This document shows positions 9,690-21,540 of a stretch of DNA of 64,000 bases, piece after piece. Numbering within the stretch: the stretch's first letter is position 1; each line of letters begins with the position of its first letter. Both the position numbers and the translations under genes were made by a program. Origin of the DNA: Hemiscyllium ocellatum. Lineage: Eukaryota. Where the stretch lies: assembly GCF_020745735.1 (NCBI RefSeq), contig NC_083409.1, forward strand, positions 15,037,873 through 15,101,872, written 5' to 3'. Below the pieces are notes generated by a model. It ran no database searches, had not been told where the DNA came from, and was given only the letters and a program-made list of their open reading frames with translations.

Positions 9690-12528
9690 TGTCCCCTTAA
9701 ATCAGCCTCCTAATCTGCCTTTGACATCGCCACTGATCACATCAGTGGCCGGGCAGACTTTTTATCACCAATATATTTCATCACCTGCATGCCCTGTGAA
9801 TTTGATGGGACGTGACTTGCTGGAGAGATGCGGGGTCCCGGTTCTGTGCGGACCAGACGGACTCGTAGTGACCTTTCCAACTGGCTATTCTGTTAATTGT
9901 TCTATGTCAATGATTCACTCTGGACCCCAAGTGATATTATCACCAGACGCATCTCCAATGGCAGAAGGGCAGTGGGCAGATATATACTGGGGACTCCTTG
10001 AACCTGAGAAAGGGCAGAATAACGGCATACAATCTTTATATAACCAAGGGAGACCCTGTGTTCAGATGCTGCATCCCTATGCTCCTCCTGCAGATCCCCT
10101 TTGTGTGACCCTATATTACGACAGAGGACAATAAAACCTATCCGAATGCATTCTATCAACACCTGGAAGGTGTGGTGGGTGTTGTGGAACTAACTCTGGA
10201 ACAGTTGGAATGGTATGAGATATCTGAAGAAGCTATACCGCATTTCACATTGGCAGTGCATGCTGAATATCAGGCCAAAGATCTGGGACTCATGTCCAAA
10301 CGCTTGATAGAGCTAACTGATTGGGTTTGGACTCAGTTACCCAGTTTGCAATATTCACCCTCAGATGAAGCTTATTGTCTTGTGCACAGAACAACTGGCA
10401 AGGTGTTGCTGGAACATCGGCAGATTGAAAGGTGTCATGGCAGGGAAAAGACGGACCATCCACAGGCTGCAGCGATGCTTGATAAACTACCGAGTGCCTT
10501 GTGGTCAGCGGGTTCGACGGACGTTGGTTACTGCAAACACGTCGCACCAATCACATTCGAGGTAATAGACCACACTCTGATTTGGCAGAGACAATACCCA
10601 CACAAACCAGAGGCTGAAGCCGGCATCACTGACACAGTTGAAGGATTGGTAGCAGCAGGGGTGCTAGAACCCTCTCAGTCAGCCTGGAACACTCCTATCT
10701 TACCTGTAGAGAAGCAGAATACAGGCAAATATAGGATGGCGGATCAACAGTGTTGTTTCTACTCCAACAATTTCGGTCCCAAACCCCTACACTGCGATGT
10801 CTGTGCTGACCCCTGACCATAAGTGGTTCTCGTGCATTGATCTGGCTAACGCGTTCTTCTGTTTGCCCCTAGCTGATCATTTCAGGGACATTTTTCGTTT
10901 ACCTATAAAGGCCAACAACTTCGTTATACAAGGGTCCCTCAAGGGTTCATTTTGTCGCCTGGGGTGTTTAATCAGGTACTGAAACAGCAGCTGAAAGATC
11001 TGATGCTCCCAAAGGGGGTGGTATTGATCCGATATGTGGATGACATTCTTATGGTGGCACCCGACCATGTTTCTTGTTTGGCAGCTACAAACTCATTGCT
11101 GCTACTCTTGTATAACGTCGGTTTCAAAGTTTCATGGACTAAATTACAATGCTGCAGACGAACGGTGTCTTTTTTGGGCAGAGTTATTTCCAGTAAGGGA
11201 ACAGGTGTGTGTCCATCCCATAGATCCTCTATTCTGCATCATGCCAAACCAGTCACTGTAAAAGACATGCTCTCATTTTCTTGGATTGACAGGATACAGA
11301 AGACAATTTGTTCCCTCATATAGGGAGCTTACTTTCCCTCTAGGGGCCATGATAAATGAGCAAGGCATGAGAAATTTGTTTGCCCATTTGCAGTGGACCA
11401 CGCAGGCAGATGACAGTTTTATATCTCTTAAACAGGCCCTAATGCGGGCTGCTGATTTAGCGGTCCCGGATTACAAAGAGCCATTTTTCCTCGATATTTC
11501 TGAAAAAGAACACACAATAAATGGTGTTCTTTTCCAGAAAAAAGGGGGAGGCAGGCAGGTGCTGATGTATGTAAGTGTTACCCTTGACCCAATAGAGGGC
11601 GGCAAAGAATCAGCCCAATTGGCTGAACTACAGGCAATGAGTGAAAATTATATCAGAGAATGTAAATCGTGTTCACAATATAATGTAAAAGCAACAGTGA
11701 AACCACCAGAGGGAAAATTTCCTCCCCCATGAATGCCAGGTTAGGAAATAGTGATTGACTACACTGACATGGTAGAGAGAGTAAACAGATGTAGGCACCT
11801 TTTGGTACCAGTGGATGCATACACTGGTTGGCCAGAAGTGATACCTGCGAAAAAGGAAGATGCGAAGACAGTGATCAAATTTTTGATAAACCAATACATT
11901 CCAACGCATGGGTTTCCAAAGAAAGTCAGGTCAGATAATGGCACACATTTTAAGAATAAAGACCTGCAAGAAGTAGAAGCAGCTTTAGGACTGAAACATG
12001 CGTTTGGAATGGTGTACCATCCTCAGTCACAGGGAAAAGTGGAGAGAATGACAGTCCATAAAGGGAAAAATAGGAAAAGTGTGTGCACAAACGAAGTTGA
12101 GCTGGGTGGATGCCCTACCTTTAGCCTTAATGTCTATTAGAAGCTCAGTAAACTCTATTACAGGGTTTACCCCGTACGAGCTAACAACAGGGCAGCAGTT
12201 TCCGGGACCAGGGGCTGGAATACAGATGTTAGAGGGAGGAGTCTCAATAAGGTACAAACCTTATTATGATCAAATAACAGCTTTGGTCTCAGCTTTCTCT
12301 AAACAGGTTGGATGGGAAAAGGGGGACCTACAGAGCCAGGCGCCATCCACCACAGAGTGGGTCCTGCTGAAGGTGATCAAACAGAAGTGGTCGGAGCCAC
12401 GGTGGGCAGGACCTTACAAGGTGGTGGAAAGGGCATTTCATGTGGTTCGACTACAAGGGAAAGGAGACACCTGGTACCATTGGAGCCAGTGTGCGGCCAC
12501 AGAACCGCCAACGAGAACTCTAGAATGA
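9690..12528 (+). pseudogene. pol: ERV pol (disrupted): partial protease, 2H-like domain, RT, RNase H remnant, integrase
   Basis: CPVNLMGRDLL (PR C-half), WNTPILPV, IDLANAFF, YVDD at 11033-11044, SAQLAEL remnant, and IN D-D-E motifs (IDYT, SDNG, VERM); many frameshifts, stops and deletions. Confidence 0.95.
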
Positions 12529-12587
12529 ATAAGAACAGAAAAAGAGTAGAAGGGTCTTAAACTTTTAATTGTTGTATAACGAATATT

Positions 12588-14582
12588 ATGTTTATTTTAG
12601 TAATCAGCCCGTGTTATTCTAAGCTGTTAAGCTTGGGAGTTTTCACTATTTTATGTACAAGTGTTATGATACTATTAATAAGGGGATCAACCGCGAAGGA
12701 CGAACACACACACAGGTAAGGGAGTCCCAGGAATAAGAGATCAATAGGACAAGGGAGGGACAAATGTTTAAGCGAAGCAGGGAGCCGGATACACATCAGA
12801 CATGATAAAAAGCGTGATACAATATACCAGTTTGACTTATGCCAAGTAATTGACTGTGGCCAAGATACAGGGAGCTGGAGGGGGCATGATGTATATCTTT
12901 GCATCTACGCCATTAATTCTCATCCATGCCCTTCGTGGGATGATGTGTTAACATGGAATGGGGAACATTGGACACCTAAGAAGTCATCACCCTCGGATAA
13001 TAGATGAGAGGTTAGAGACCGTGTGAGCTTGACAAAGGGACAACTCGATCATTCCTCAGAGTTAAAAAATCCACTCTTGTTAACCCTGACAAGATTCGAC
13101 ACCAACCCTAGTCCCAAAGAGGTACAGTTTTACTGTGAAATTGATGATAGCAGTTTTTATTTTATAATAGGGGTAGATCAATCAGGAGTAGATAACATGG
13201 GACTAGTGAAGGTAACCTTGGTGGATCCTCCTATGGACCAGCCACAGATTGAAAATACAACAAGCGTGGTGGCCGAATCAAGTTCAGGAGTAGTGACAGT
13301 AGATTATAACAACCTCACGAGAAGGGACATTATTAAATTAGCTACCGGATATGGGGATAGGAATGTATGGCTGGACTGGATAACAGCGACTGCAATCTCA
13401 ATTAATATGAGTGATTGCGTCGCGTGTTCTTCGGCTAGGCCAACTTTAGTTACTACCCCAGCCCCATTGTTCCCGAATGCAGACCCAGTAGGATTTCACT
13501 GCATGATGGCTCTCACCATGCAGGCGGACCCTCCAAATTGTACCGCCTTAAGTGCTATTTTTCCACCTGTCAAGAACTCTACGTTACCTCCAGTGTTTGC
13601 CCCAAGGGCCAACAATTATACTTGTTTTGTTCGAAGATCTAACACAGTCATGGGACACATCCCCGCTGACTGGTGCCAGAACACGATTGATGTAACTGAC
13701 TGGCGGAATGCTAGCACAATGGTTTGGGCCAGAGCTGATCTTTTTTGGTACTGTGGAGAAAGATCACTACAGATTAGTTTACCTCCGGATTGGTCTGGAA
13801 CCTGTGCAATGGTCAGGCTAGGGGTACCCTTAACACTCTTAGGAGAAAGACGACAGGAAATAAATCAGCATGCACGAGTACTCAGGGATCTGTTTGACAT
13901 TACCTCTGGCTCAACCACGTATATAGATGCAATAGGGGTTCCCCGCGGTGTACCTAATGAATATAAGTTGGTAGATCAAGTAGCAACAGGATTCGAGAAT
14001 CTCCCAATTGTTAGTGCTCTATTCCCAATTACGCCGAATAAAAACGTTGATCGAATTAATTATGTACGTTACAATGCACTCAGGCTAGCCAATAGAACTA
14101 GAGATGCCGTGGCAGGACTCTCTGAACAATTGGCAGGAACCTCATTGATGACAGTACAAAATAGAATGGCCTTAGATATGTTGTTGGCAGAAAAGGGGGG
14201 AGTGTGCTCTATGTTTGGAGATCAATGTTGTACGTTCATCCCCAACAATACAGCACCTGATGGCTCGGTAACCAGAGCCCTGGAAGGATTAAGAACCTTA
14301 TCTGAAGAAATGCATGAACATTCAGGTATTGACAACCCTGTAAGAGGCATTTTTGATTCCTGGGTAGGGAAATGGAAAGGATTAATTGTGTCTGTGTTTA
14401 TGTCCCTCGCTGGTATGACCATTGTGTTTGTGTTGTCTGGATGTTGTTGTATCCCCTGTATCAGATCCTTGTTGAACAGGGTAATTATTACAGCAATTGA
14501 AGGGAAGGCTCCACCGCCCAATCAGATGTCACAAATAGCGGCAGAAACCATGGCCCTGGCAAGAGGGGAGGACTATGCGTAG
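12588..14582 (+). pseudogene. env: ERV env in a single reading frame with two premature stops (12717 TAA, 13005 TGA)
   Basis: Hydrophobic signal KLLSLGVFTILCTSVMILLI, FDLCQVIDCG, CxxC (CVAC), RVLR, ISD QNRMALDMLLAEKGGVC, CX6CC, TM anchor and CCCIPC. Confidence 0.92.
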
Positions 14583-14647
14583 GAGAGTGAATGTGATGCG
14601 TAAAACTGGTTTGTTGGTCTCATTTTCATGAGACCAAAAGGAGGAGT

Positions 14648-15270
14648 TGTAAATATATATATAAAAAACTTACCTGGAAACTAAATTGTCGAGTCTGGGG
14701 GGCGTGTCCTCGATGCTCGGAGGTCATGTGGTCCTCTGATGCGCGCGCAGAGGATGATCACGTGATGCTCCGAGATGCGGCGCGGTCACATGGTCTCCCT
14801 GTTTCGCGCTCCGGGACGTCACATGATCGGCCGTTTCGCTCCCCGGAAGTGGGCGAGACTGCCGTTTTGCGCTCGAAAGGAGGCCGCATGGTGGTCCTTT
14901 GTCTCCTAAAAGGGAAGGCCACGTGAGGTCGGACAGCCGGAAATGCGAGGAGGCGGGGAATGGAGTCGGAGCAACAGCCAATTAGAAGACAATTTCACTT
15001 GAGTGATGGTATGATGTTTTCTATGGTATAAAAGACGGTGTCAGGGACAGATATAGGTTTTTTTGTTCTTTCTGAACTGACTGAGTGAGTAGTTTGTCAG
15101 GGACAGGAAGGTTTAGACCCAGAGCTCTGTATACTTTATCCACTTACTGATAGAATAAAACTAAAAGTGTAAGATTACATATTTTTCCTATTGCTTTATT
15201 TAAAGAGCACGCAGGACTTGGCTCACACATAAAAGATAATAAATTTGTAGATTGAGCCTAAAGTCCGTCA
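14648..15270 (+). repeat. ERV 3' LTR (623 bp)
   Basis: Direct repeat of the 5' LTR, preceded by the PPT and followed by the TSD. Confidence 0.98.
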
Positions 15271-16439
15271 CCTAGAACACATTCCCCCTTAATTCTGTAA
15301 CCCTTACCTTGCTGAGCGAATAAACATTGAACCATGACCTTGATAGCTTTTTCAGACTGAGAGTTCCAGATTGCCACCACTCTTTGTCAGAAAGAGTTCT
15401 TCCTGAAATCATTCCCAATTCTAATTTTATCCATCTCCTTGTTTTGGACTCGACAATGGAAAAAATATGGACATGAACATTGTTAATTATTTTCCGTGGA
15501 AATGCCTCGCTTTTGCAACCTGTTCTCTCTCATTAACAGTTTCTGATCTGAAGGTGACATGACAGGCTGGATACTGAGAGGGTGGAATCTGTTATAGCGC
15601 AGACGAGAACTGGAGGGACAGTTTAACACAAAACAGTCTCCCGTTTAAAAGGAAGGAGGGGTTTTCATGCTGAGGTTTGACAGTCTGTGGAATTCTCTTC
15701 TCTACGTGGGAATGGAGGTTGGGTAATTAAGTATACTCAAGGTTGAGGTAGACAGGTTTTTGATGAATAAGGCAGTTTAGGATAACTGCAGAAAGTGCAG
15801 GTGAGACCATAACCAGATGAGCAGTGATCTTCTTCATTGGCACAGCAGCTCCCAAAAGGCCTGCTCCTGCTCCTGGGTCCGATGTTCTGGCAGAGGCTGC
15901 AGCAACCCTGGACCCCCATCTTTCCTTTGTCACTCACTGACAGAAATACAATTTCAAAACAAACATTATTTTCTTTAACAAGACCCAGTCAATTATGGTT
16001 GATGTCGTTTTCTCAGCTCTCTTTTCATCTCAACATGTTTTTTGTGTTACGTTGGAGAGGAGACAGATACAAGACAGAGTGAGGCCTCAGAGAACACAGG
16101 GAGCTCTCACTCTGCACAGCAAGGCTGTCACGGGAAACATCTGGAGAAAGGCTTGGAGGGAGGTGGAGAGGAGAGAGGCATGGGAAAAGAGACCTGACAG
16201 TTCAAAACAAAAACATTTCACATGTTGCTATCATCTAGTTAATAAAGTTGAGAGGATTAGAAAACAATAACAGTGAGAATGTGGTGTCTCAGAACCTCAA
16301 AGGCAGACAGCAAATAGCTGCATTAGCCCGCCTCAGGGTGTTCATGTCATTGGGAAGCTTCAAATTTATTGCCCATCTCCAACTGCTAGAACTGAGATAT
16401 TTTCTGAGGCAGATCATGGAGACGTGAAGAATGAATCAT

Positions 16440-17010
16440 GTCTCTGTGGTCATGCTGCAGCTGTACAAAACTCTGGTGTGGCCGCAATTGCATACTGTAT
16501 TGCATACAGTTGTGGTCACGGCATTTAAAAAAAGGATGTGAGAATTTAAGGGTTCAGAGGAAATATACGAGGATGTTGCCTGGCACGGAGGGAAGGCCTT
16601 ATGAGGGAAGGATGAGGGACTTGTGGCTGTTTTGTTAGAGAGAAGAAGGTTGAGAGTTGTCTTAATTGAGACATACTAAGATAATCACAAGGTTAGATAG
16701 GGTGGATAGTGAGAGCCTTTTTCCTCAGATGCTGAGGGGACATAGGTTTAAATTGAGGGGTGATAGATATAGGAGAGATGTCAGAAGTAGTTATTTACTC
16801 AGAGACTAGTAGGGGCATGGAATGCACAGCCTGCAACAGGAGCAGACTCGCCAACACTAAGGGCATTTAAATGGACACGGGATAAACATATGGATGAAAA
16901 TGGAATAGTATAGGATAGAAGGGCTTTAGATTGGTTCCATAGGGCGGCACAACATCGAGGGCTGAAGGGCCCGTACTGCGCTGTCATGGTCTATGTTCTA
17001 TGTTCTATGT
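16440..17010 (+). mobile_element. CR1 3' end with (ctatgtt)n tail
   Basis: RT C-terminal remnants (YTRMLPG..YEGRMRDL) and tandem tail at about 16990-17012; absent from the paralogous arm. Confidence 0.85.
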
Positions 17011-18964
17011 TCTGGATTTGACATTGCTCACCACCGCCCTCTCCAGGACAATTAGGGAAGGACAACAAATAGACAAATCGAAGCTTGCCCCCATCCCAGG
17101 AGAAATCAAAATAAATGATGTACAATTCAAATGATTAAACTGGTGAGGCTTGAACTCATTTCTTTGAAAGACTGGAGCCTCGGCCATGATATGGGTGAGC
17201 CTGCATTTTTAAATTGCAAGGTGGAGTGCCCTACGGATCAGGCACAAAATGAATTACACAAAGACCGAACAAACGGCTACCAAAGTGTGTCACCAAACTG
17301 CAGTAAACAGCAATTTGTCAGGAAGAACTCAAGAGAAAGCCATTAGTGGGTGTAAGAGGGTAAGACAGACAAGTGTCAGGTGTCATTGAATGCACCATAA
17401 ATGCACTAAAGCTGTTGGGATAGAGCAGGGCAATGGGATTAATTGAATTTTTCTATTGAGAGCTTTCCTGGTTGTAATGACTCAGAACGTTAAAGGATGA
17501 AGTGTAGCTCATATTGTAAACAATGTACTGCAGTGGGCAAGAAAGGATGTTGAGCAACATAAATGCTTAAAATTGGGAAAGAAAGTCCTATAAAAGAAAT
17601 GGGAAAGGCCAATGGGACTTTGGAATGAATATTGAGAGTGAGGAGACGGAGGGGAAATTGGCCAGGACAGCTGTACTGAAGAATGGTTCGGTCACATCTG
17701 GGATATGGTGGATAGTTATGGGTTTCTTTGAGGGGCAATGCAGAATGGGACAGGGACAGGGGATCTAGGTTACAGGGAAACACCAGAACAGGATCTTGAG
17801 GAGAGAGGGAGGGTATTCTGATAACAAAACTTCTTAACAAAATCGACACAGTAAATGTAGATTTACTGTCAATACCGACAAACAGAAAGGCAAAATGACA
17901 CATTTTCCGGTCATTCACCAAGTACAGGAAGGAGATCAGGAAAACTATTTTGATGCAGAGATTGGAATTTAGTAAATTCTGGTAAATTGGGTCCTCCATT
18001 TACAATAGGACAGAATTACTTCTTGGAATTTGAACAGGTCTGAAGCAAAAGAGCAAATTATGACCAAATGGTCATTTGAGAATATTGAACTGGCCTGAAA
18101 ATGCCCGGTTTTTAGCAGCTTTTCATTTTGCCTTCATCAGGATAATTGTAAAAGTACCAATCAAAGGAGAAAAACATGACATTGATATTGCATATGAGGA
18201 AAGTGCTGACAGGTTGAGATGTTGTCACTATGAACACGCCAGTTTAAATATTGTTTCCCTTTGCTTTGACATTTCTTGTAAATTGTCCTGATGTATGCAA
18301 GACAAAAAGCTTCAACAAAATGTTTTGTTTTTTGCAACATTCAAGTTAGGGTCGGTTTGGAGAGAAAGAATGAAGATGGAAATGAACATGAAAATTGGTC
18401 TAAATTCAGCAGAGACCAGGATAGCTTCACCTTGAACTTAATACAGGAATTACCAGGTGAAGTTTAATCATTGGAATGATTGAACCACCTTCCACCAGTT
18501 TGATTGTTTGAATTGTCCATCAGTTATTTTGATTACTCCTGGGATGGGGAGGACATTGATATGTCTGCTGTTTATTGCCCTTCCCTAACTATCCTGGAGA
18601 GGGCGGTGGTTAGCTTTCTCCTGAATGCACAGCTGGGAAACTAGAGATGGTCTCATTCCTCCAAATGCGGCCTGGGATGGGGAAGCAAGGCAGGCTATTG
18701 GACCGGGAGTTGTCAGCCTAGTCTCAGTGGGGAGCACTCTCCCCTCAGACTCACAATGTTGCAGACTGGGTGGATGAGCCATTGGGAAATGCAGGGTTAC
18801 AGGCACAGTGTCGTGGTTTGGATCTAGGTGGGATGTTCCTTGGAGGACTGGTGTGAACTTATTTGGGTGAATGGCCTGCTTCAACATGGTAGAGATTCCA
18901 TCTTTACATGATCCTATCACTGAAGAAAATTATCCAGGCTGAGAGTGCAGTGCAGCGCTGATGG

Positions 18965-19440
18965 GATGCAGCACTGTCAGAGAGCCAGTACTGAGGGACT
19001 GCCACACTGTCAGAGGGTCAGTACTGAGGGAGTTCCACACTATTGTAGGTTCAGTACTGAGGGAGTGTTGCACTAACGTTGGGTCAGTACTGAGGGAGTG
19101 CTGCACTGTCAGAGGGTGATTACTGAGGGAGAGCTGCACTGTCAGAGGGTGAGTGCTGAGGGAGTACTGCACTGCCAGAGGGTTCGTACTGAGGGAATGC
19201 CACACTGTCAGAAAGTCAATACTGTGGGAGTGCCATCCTGTCAGATAGTTCATGCTGAGGGAGTGCTGCACTGCTGTTGTGTCAATACTGAGGGAGTGCA
19301 ACACTGTTAGAGGTTCAGTGCTCAGGGACCATTTTTCAGACTGAATGTTCTGATGTCTGCCCTCTCAGGGGCCAGTAGAAGATGCCATGACACTATGAGA
19401 AGAGCAGAGCAGATCCCCATGGTGTCCTGGTCAATATTTT
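18965..19440 (+). repeat. About 33-bp minisatellite (about 11 copies) continuing into a DeuSINE-like body
   Basis: Unit actgagggagtgctgcactgtcagagggtcagt, followed by gaagatgccatg..gtcctggtcaatatt. Confidence 0.8.
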
Positions 19441-19825
19441 AAAAATATATCTTTTAAAAAATACCTGGATGAGCGCCTGAAATATCCGAACATTCAATAC
19501 GTTGGGCCCAGTTCTGGAAAGTGGATGGAGAGTAGATTTAGTTTTGCCTTGGTGGGACAGACATGATCAGATGAGGGACCTCTTCTACACTGTATGATTC
19601 TCTGATTCTGTGAAACCTCTGGCTGATGACCATGTTCTGTCCGCCCTCGACTGATGAGTCAGTCTCTCCTCCATGTTGAACAGCACTTGGATGAAGCTCT
19701 GAGGGTGGTCAGGGCACAGAATGTACTCTGGGTGGGGGACTTCAATGTCCACAATCAAAAAGAAATTTAAAAAACATCCGGTTTGTTGGGTATTGGATAC
19801 AAATGTTCAAAATTATACTTTTGCC

Positions 19826-20585
19826 AGTCCAACGCTCATTTCTCCTGTGCCCTCACCCATGTGACCCTCTCCGCTCCCCTCAGCAAGAGCATCAGGAGAT
19901 CAGAATGTGTGTAGAGTGTTTGAGACAGTCCACAGAGGAGACACAACTTTAAACAGAACAGGGCTGAGCTGGAAGGACACAGGTCATTGTCAGCACTGAA
20001 TTTCAACTCTCTTCCTTCTTGAGACTGGCCTCTGGGAGACTCTGTGGTTCAACGGTTAAGGCAGGTTACTGTGACACTTTGAGAACCCAGTACTGTCCCT
20101 GTCCTGGGAGTATTGACAAGGACAGTGTGGAGACAGCTTTATTCTGTTTCTTATCCTGTCCCTGTCATAGGTGTCTTTGGTGGGAACAGTATGGATAGAG
20201 CTTTACTCTGCATATAACCCTATTCTGTCCCCGTCCAGGAGACTGTTTGTTGGGGACAGTGTTGACTTGCAACAACAAGTATAACCTTTCAAAGATATTG
20301 AAAACTGTGAGCTGTATAAAAACAATATGAACCTCAGAAGTCTCTGCTTCAGTAAACCAGATCTCCTTCCTGCTCAGCCACCAGCTCCACCTAAAGGTTT
20401 TGTCACTGTTTCTCATGCTATTGAGAAAATCTCCACAAGCGTTTTCCTCAAGCTCCATTGTGGCTGTGAATTTGAGCAGCTTCCTCTGTCTGGGCTGTTA
20501 ATTGCTGACTGTTTTCTGTCAATGTCAATCTGGAAAAGGGAATAAAGATGAAGAAGATTCAGTCTCTGTCTGGTGTGTGCTTTGG
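19826..20585 (+). pseudogene. IGKC: Truncated inverted Ig-kappa C copy: last 28 codons plus 3'UTR and AATAAA (20541-20546)
   Basis: SNAHFSCALTHVTLSAPLSKSIRRSECV* at 19828-19914, 8 differences in 89 nt from the intact C. UTR homology at 19915-20010 and 20324-20585; no polyA tail. Confidence 0.93.
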
Positions 20586-21269
20586 AGATGGCCCGAGCTG
20601 AAGCCTCTGGGAAAGGGTGTGTGAATTGAAACCCTCCACCATCAAGGCACGGAACAGGAGGGGGAGAATAGAGAGGGCAATGGGGTCCTGGGAGCAGGAG
20701 GGCAATACTACAGCTAGGGACAGAAGGGGCACTTTCAGCAGGAATGCAGGGCCCTGAGAAAATCTTCCCCAATAAATGGGGAAAAGAAGGAAGGTGTGTT
20801 GGAGTTCAGAAAGATCAAAGAATGAAGCTGAGAGTGAGCTGAACTCAGAGTGTAGATGGGAAAGATCCAACCCAGAGTGGGGAGGGTACCTTTCACTCGA
20901 TAACCACCCATACACCATGGTGATGCTCTGAAGGGGCAGTACCCATCCTGAATAGCTGTGCCTGATAGTGTATGATGAATGGGGAAGAGTCTGTGTCCAT
21001 ACGTGTGTGGGTGGGGAACAGGGAATATATCAAGCTATATATATATTATATATATGTATATATCTCATTATATCTCACTCACAGATGCATCCATCAAAAC
21101 CACTGGGACCAGCCCTCACTAGTGGAGAGCAAACTGAAGAGATTCATGGGAGGACTCTGTGGTGGGAGGGCTATCAAAACCTTGGAGTGTAAGGGTGGGC
21201 TCTCTGGCAGTCTAACCGAACATAATGGAGTGCGCCAACTCAGGGAGTATTCAGAGCAGATTGGCTCAT

Positions 21270-21540
21270 TGCTGATGGACTGGCAATGGGTCTTTACACA
21301 GTTGGTCATTTTGAATGTGCCCTGGTCCAGGGAGGGCTGAGGACCAGGACAAGTTCACATTCACATTTAATGAACAACAATATTGGTGGAACTGTCTGCC
21401 CCTAGGGTTCCCCAGTAGTCCCTCCATCTTTCAGCAGAGCATGGCACAGGGCTGTGAGAGTTCAGGTCAGTTCCCCCAACCAGTTTGGACAGAGTGTGCT
21501 TGACTTGCTGCTGTTTGTGTGAACTGAGGAGGAGGAGGTG
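21270..21540 (+). mobile_element. Retroviral RT relic unrelated to the large ERV
   Basis: FTQL..W, AEDQDKFTFTFNEQQYWWNCLPLGFPSSPSIFQQ, then QSVLDLLL (decayed QYVDDLLL) across frameshifts. Confidence 0.65.

Larger units (their letters stand above)
6917..15270 (+). mobile_element. Full-length defective class I (epsilon-like) endogenous retrovirus
   Basis: TG..CA LTRs 6917-7540 and 14648-15270, 4-bp TSD CCTA (6913-6916, 15271-15274), PBS, PPT aaaaggaggag 14636-14646, gag-pol-env order. Confidence 0.98.
3214..18370 (+). repeat. Left arm of an old inverted duplication of the Ig-kappa 3' flank, interrupted by the ERV and other insertions
   Basis: Colinear reverse-complement anchors: 3214-3830/30991-30460, 5130-5990/30260-29485, 5995-6660/29110-28190, 6725-6845/28000-27885, 16355-16440/27125-27040, 17030-17790/26905-26110, 17780-18370/24685-24155. 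Confidence 0.9.

Noticed and set aside
18965-19325. CRISPR-like array (also 50135-50530)
   Set aside because: Eukaryotic context; contiguous tandem units without unique spacers.
19826-20585. Processed (retro) pseudogene interpretation of the C-kappa stub
   Set aside because: No polyA tail or TSD; homology extends past the polyA signal into genomic flank.
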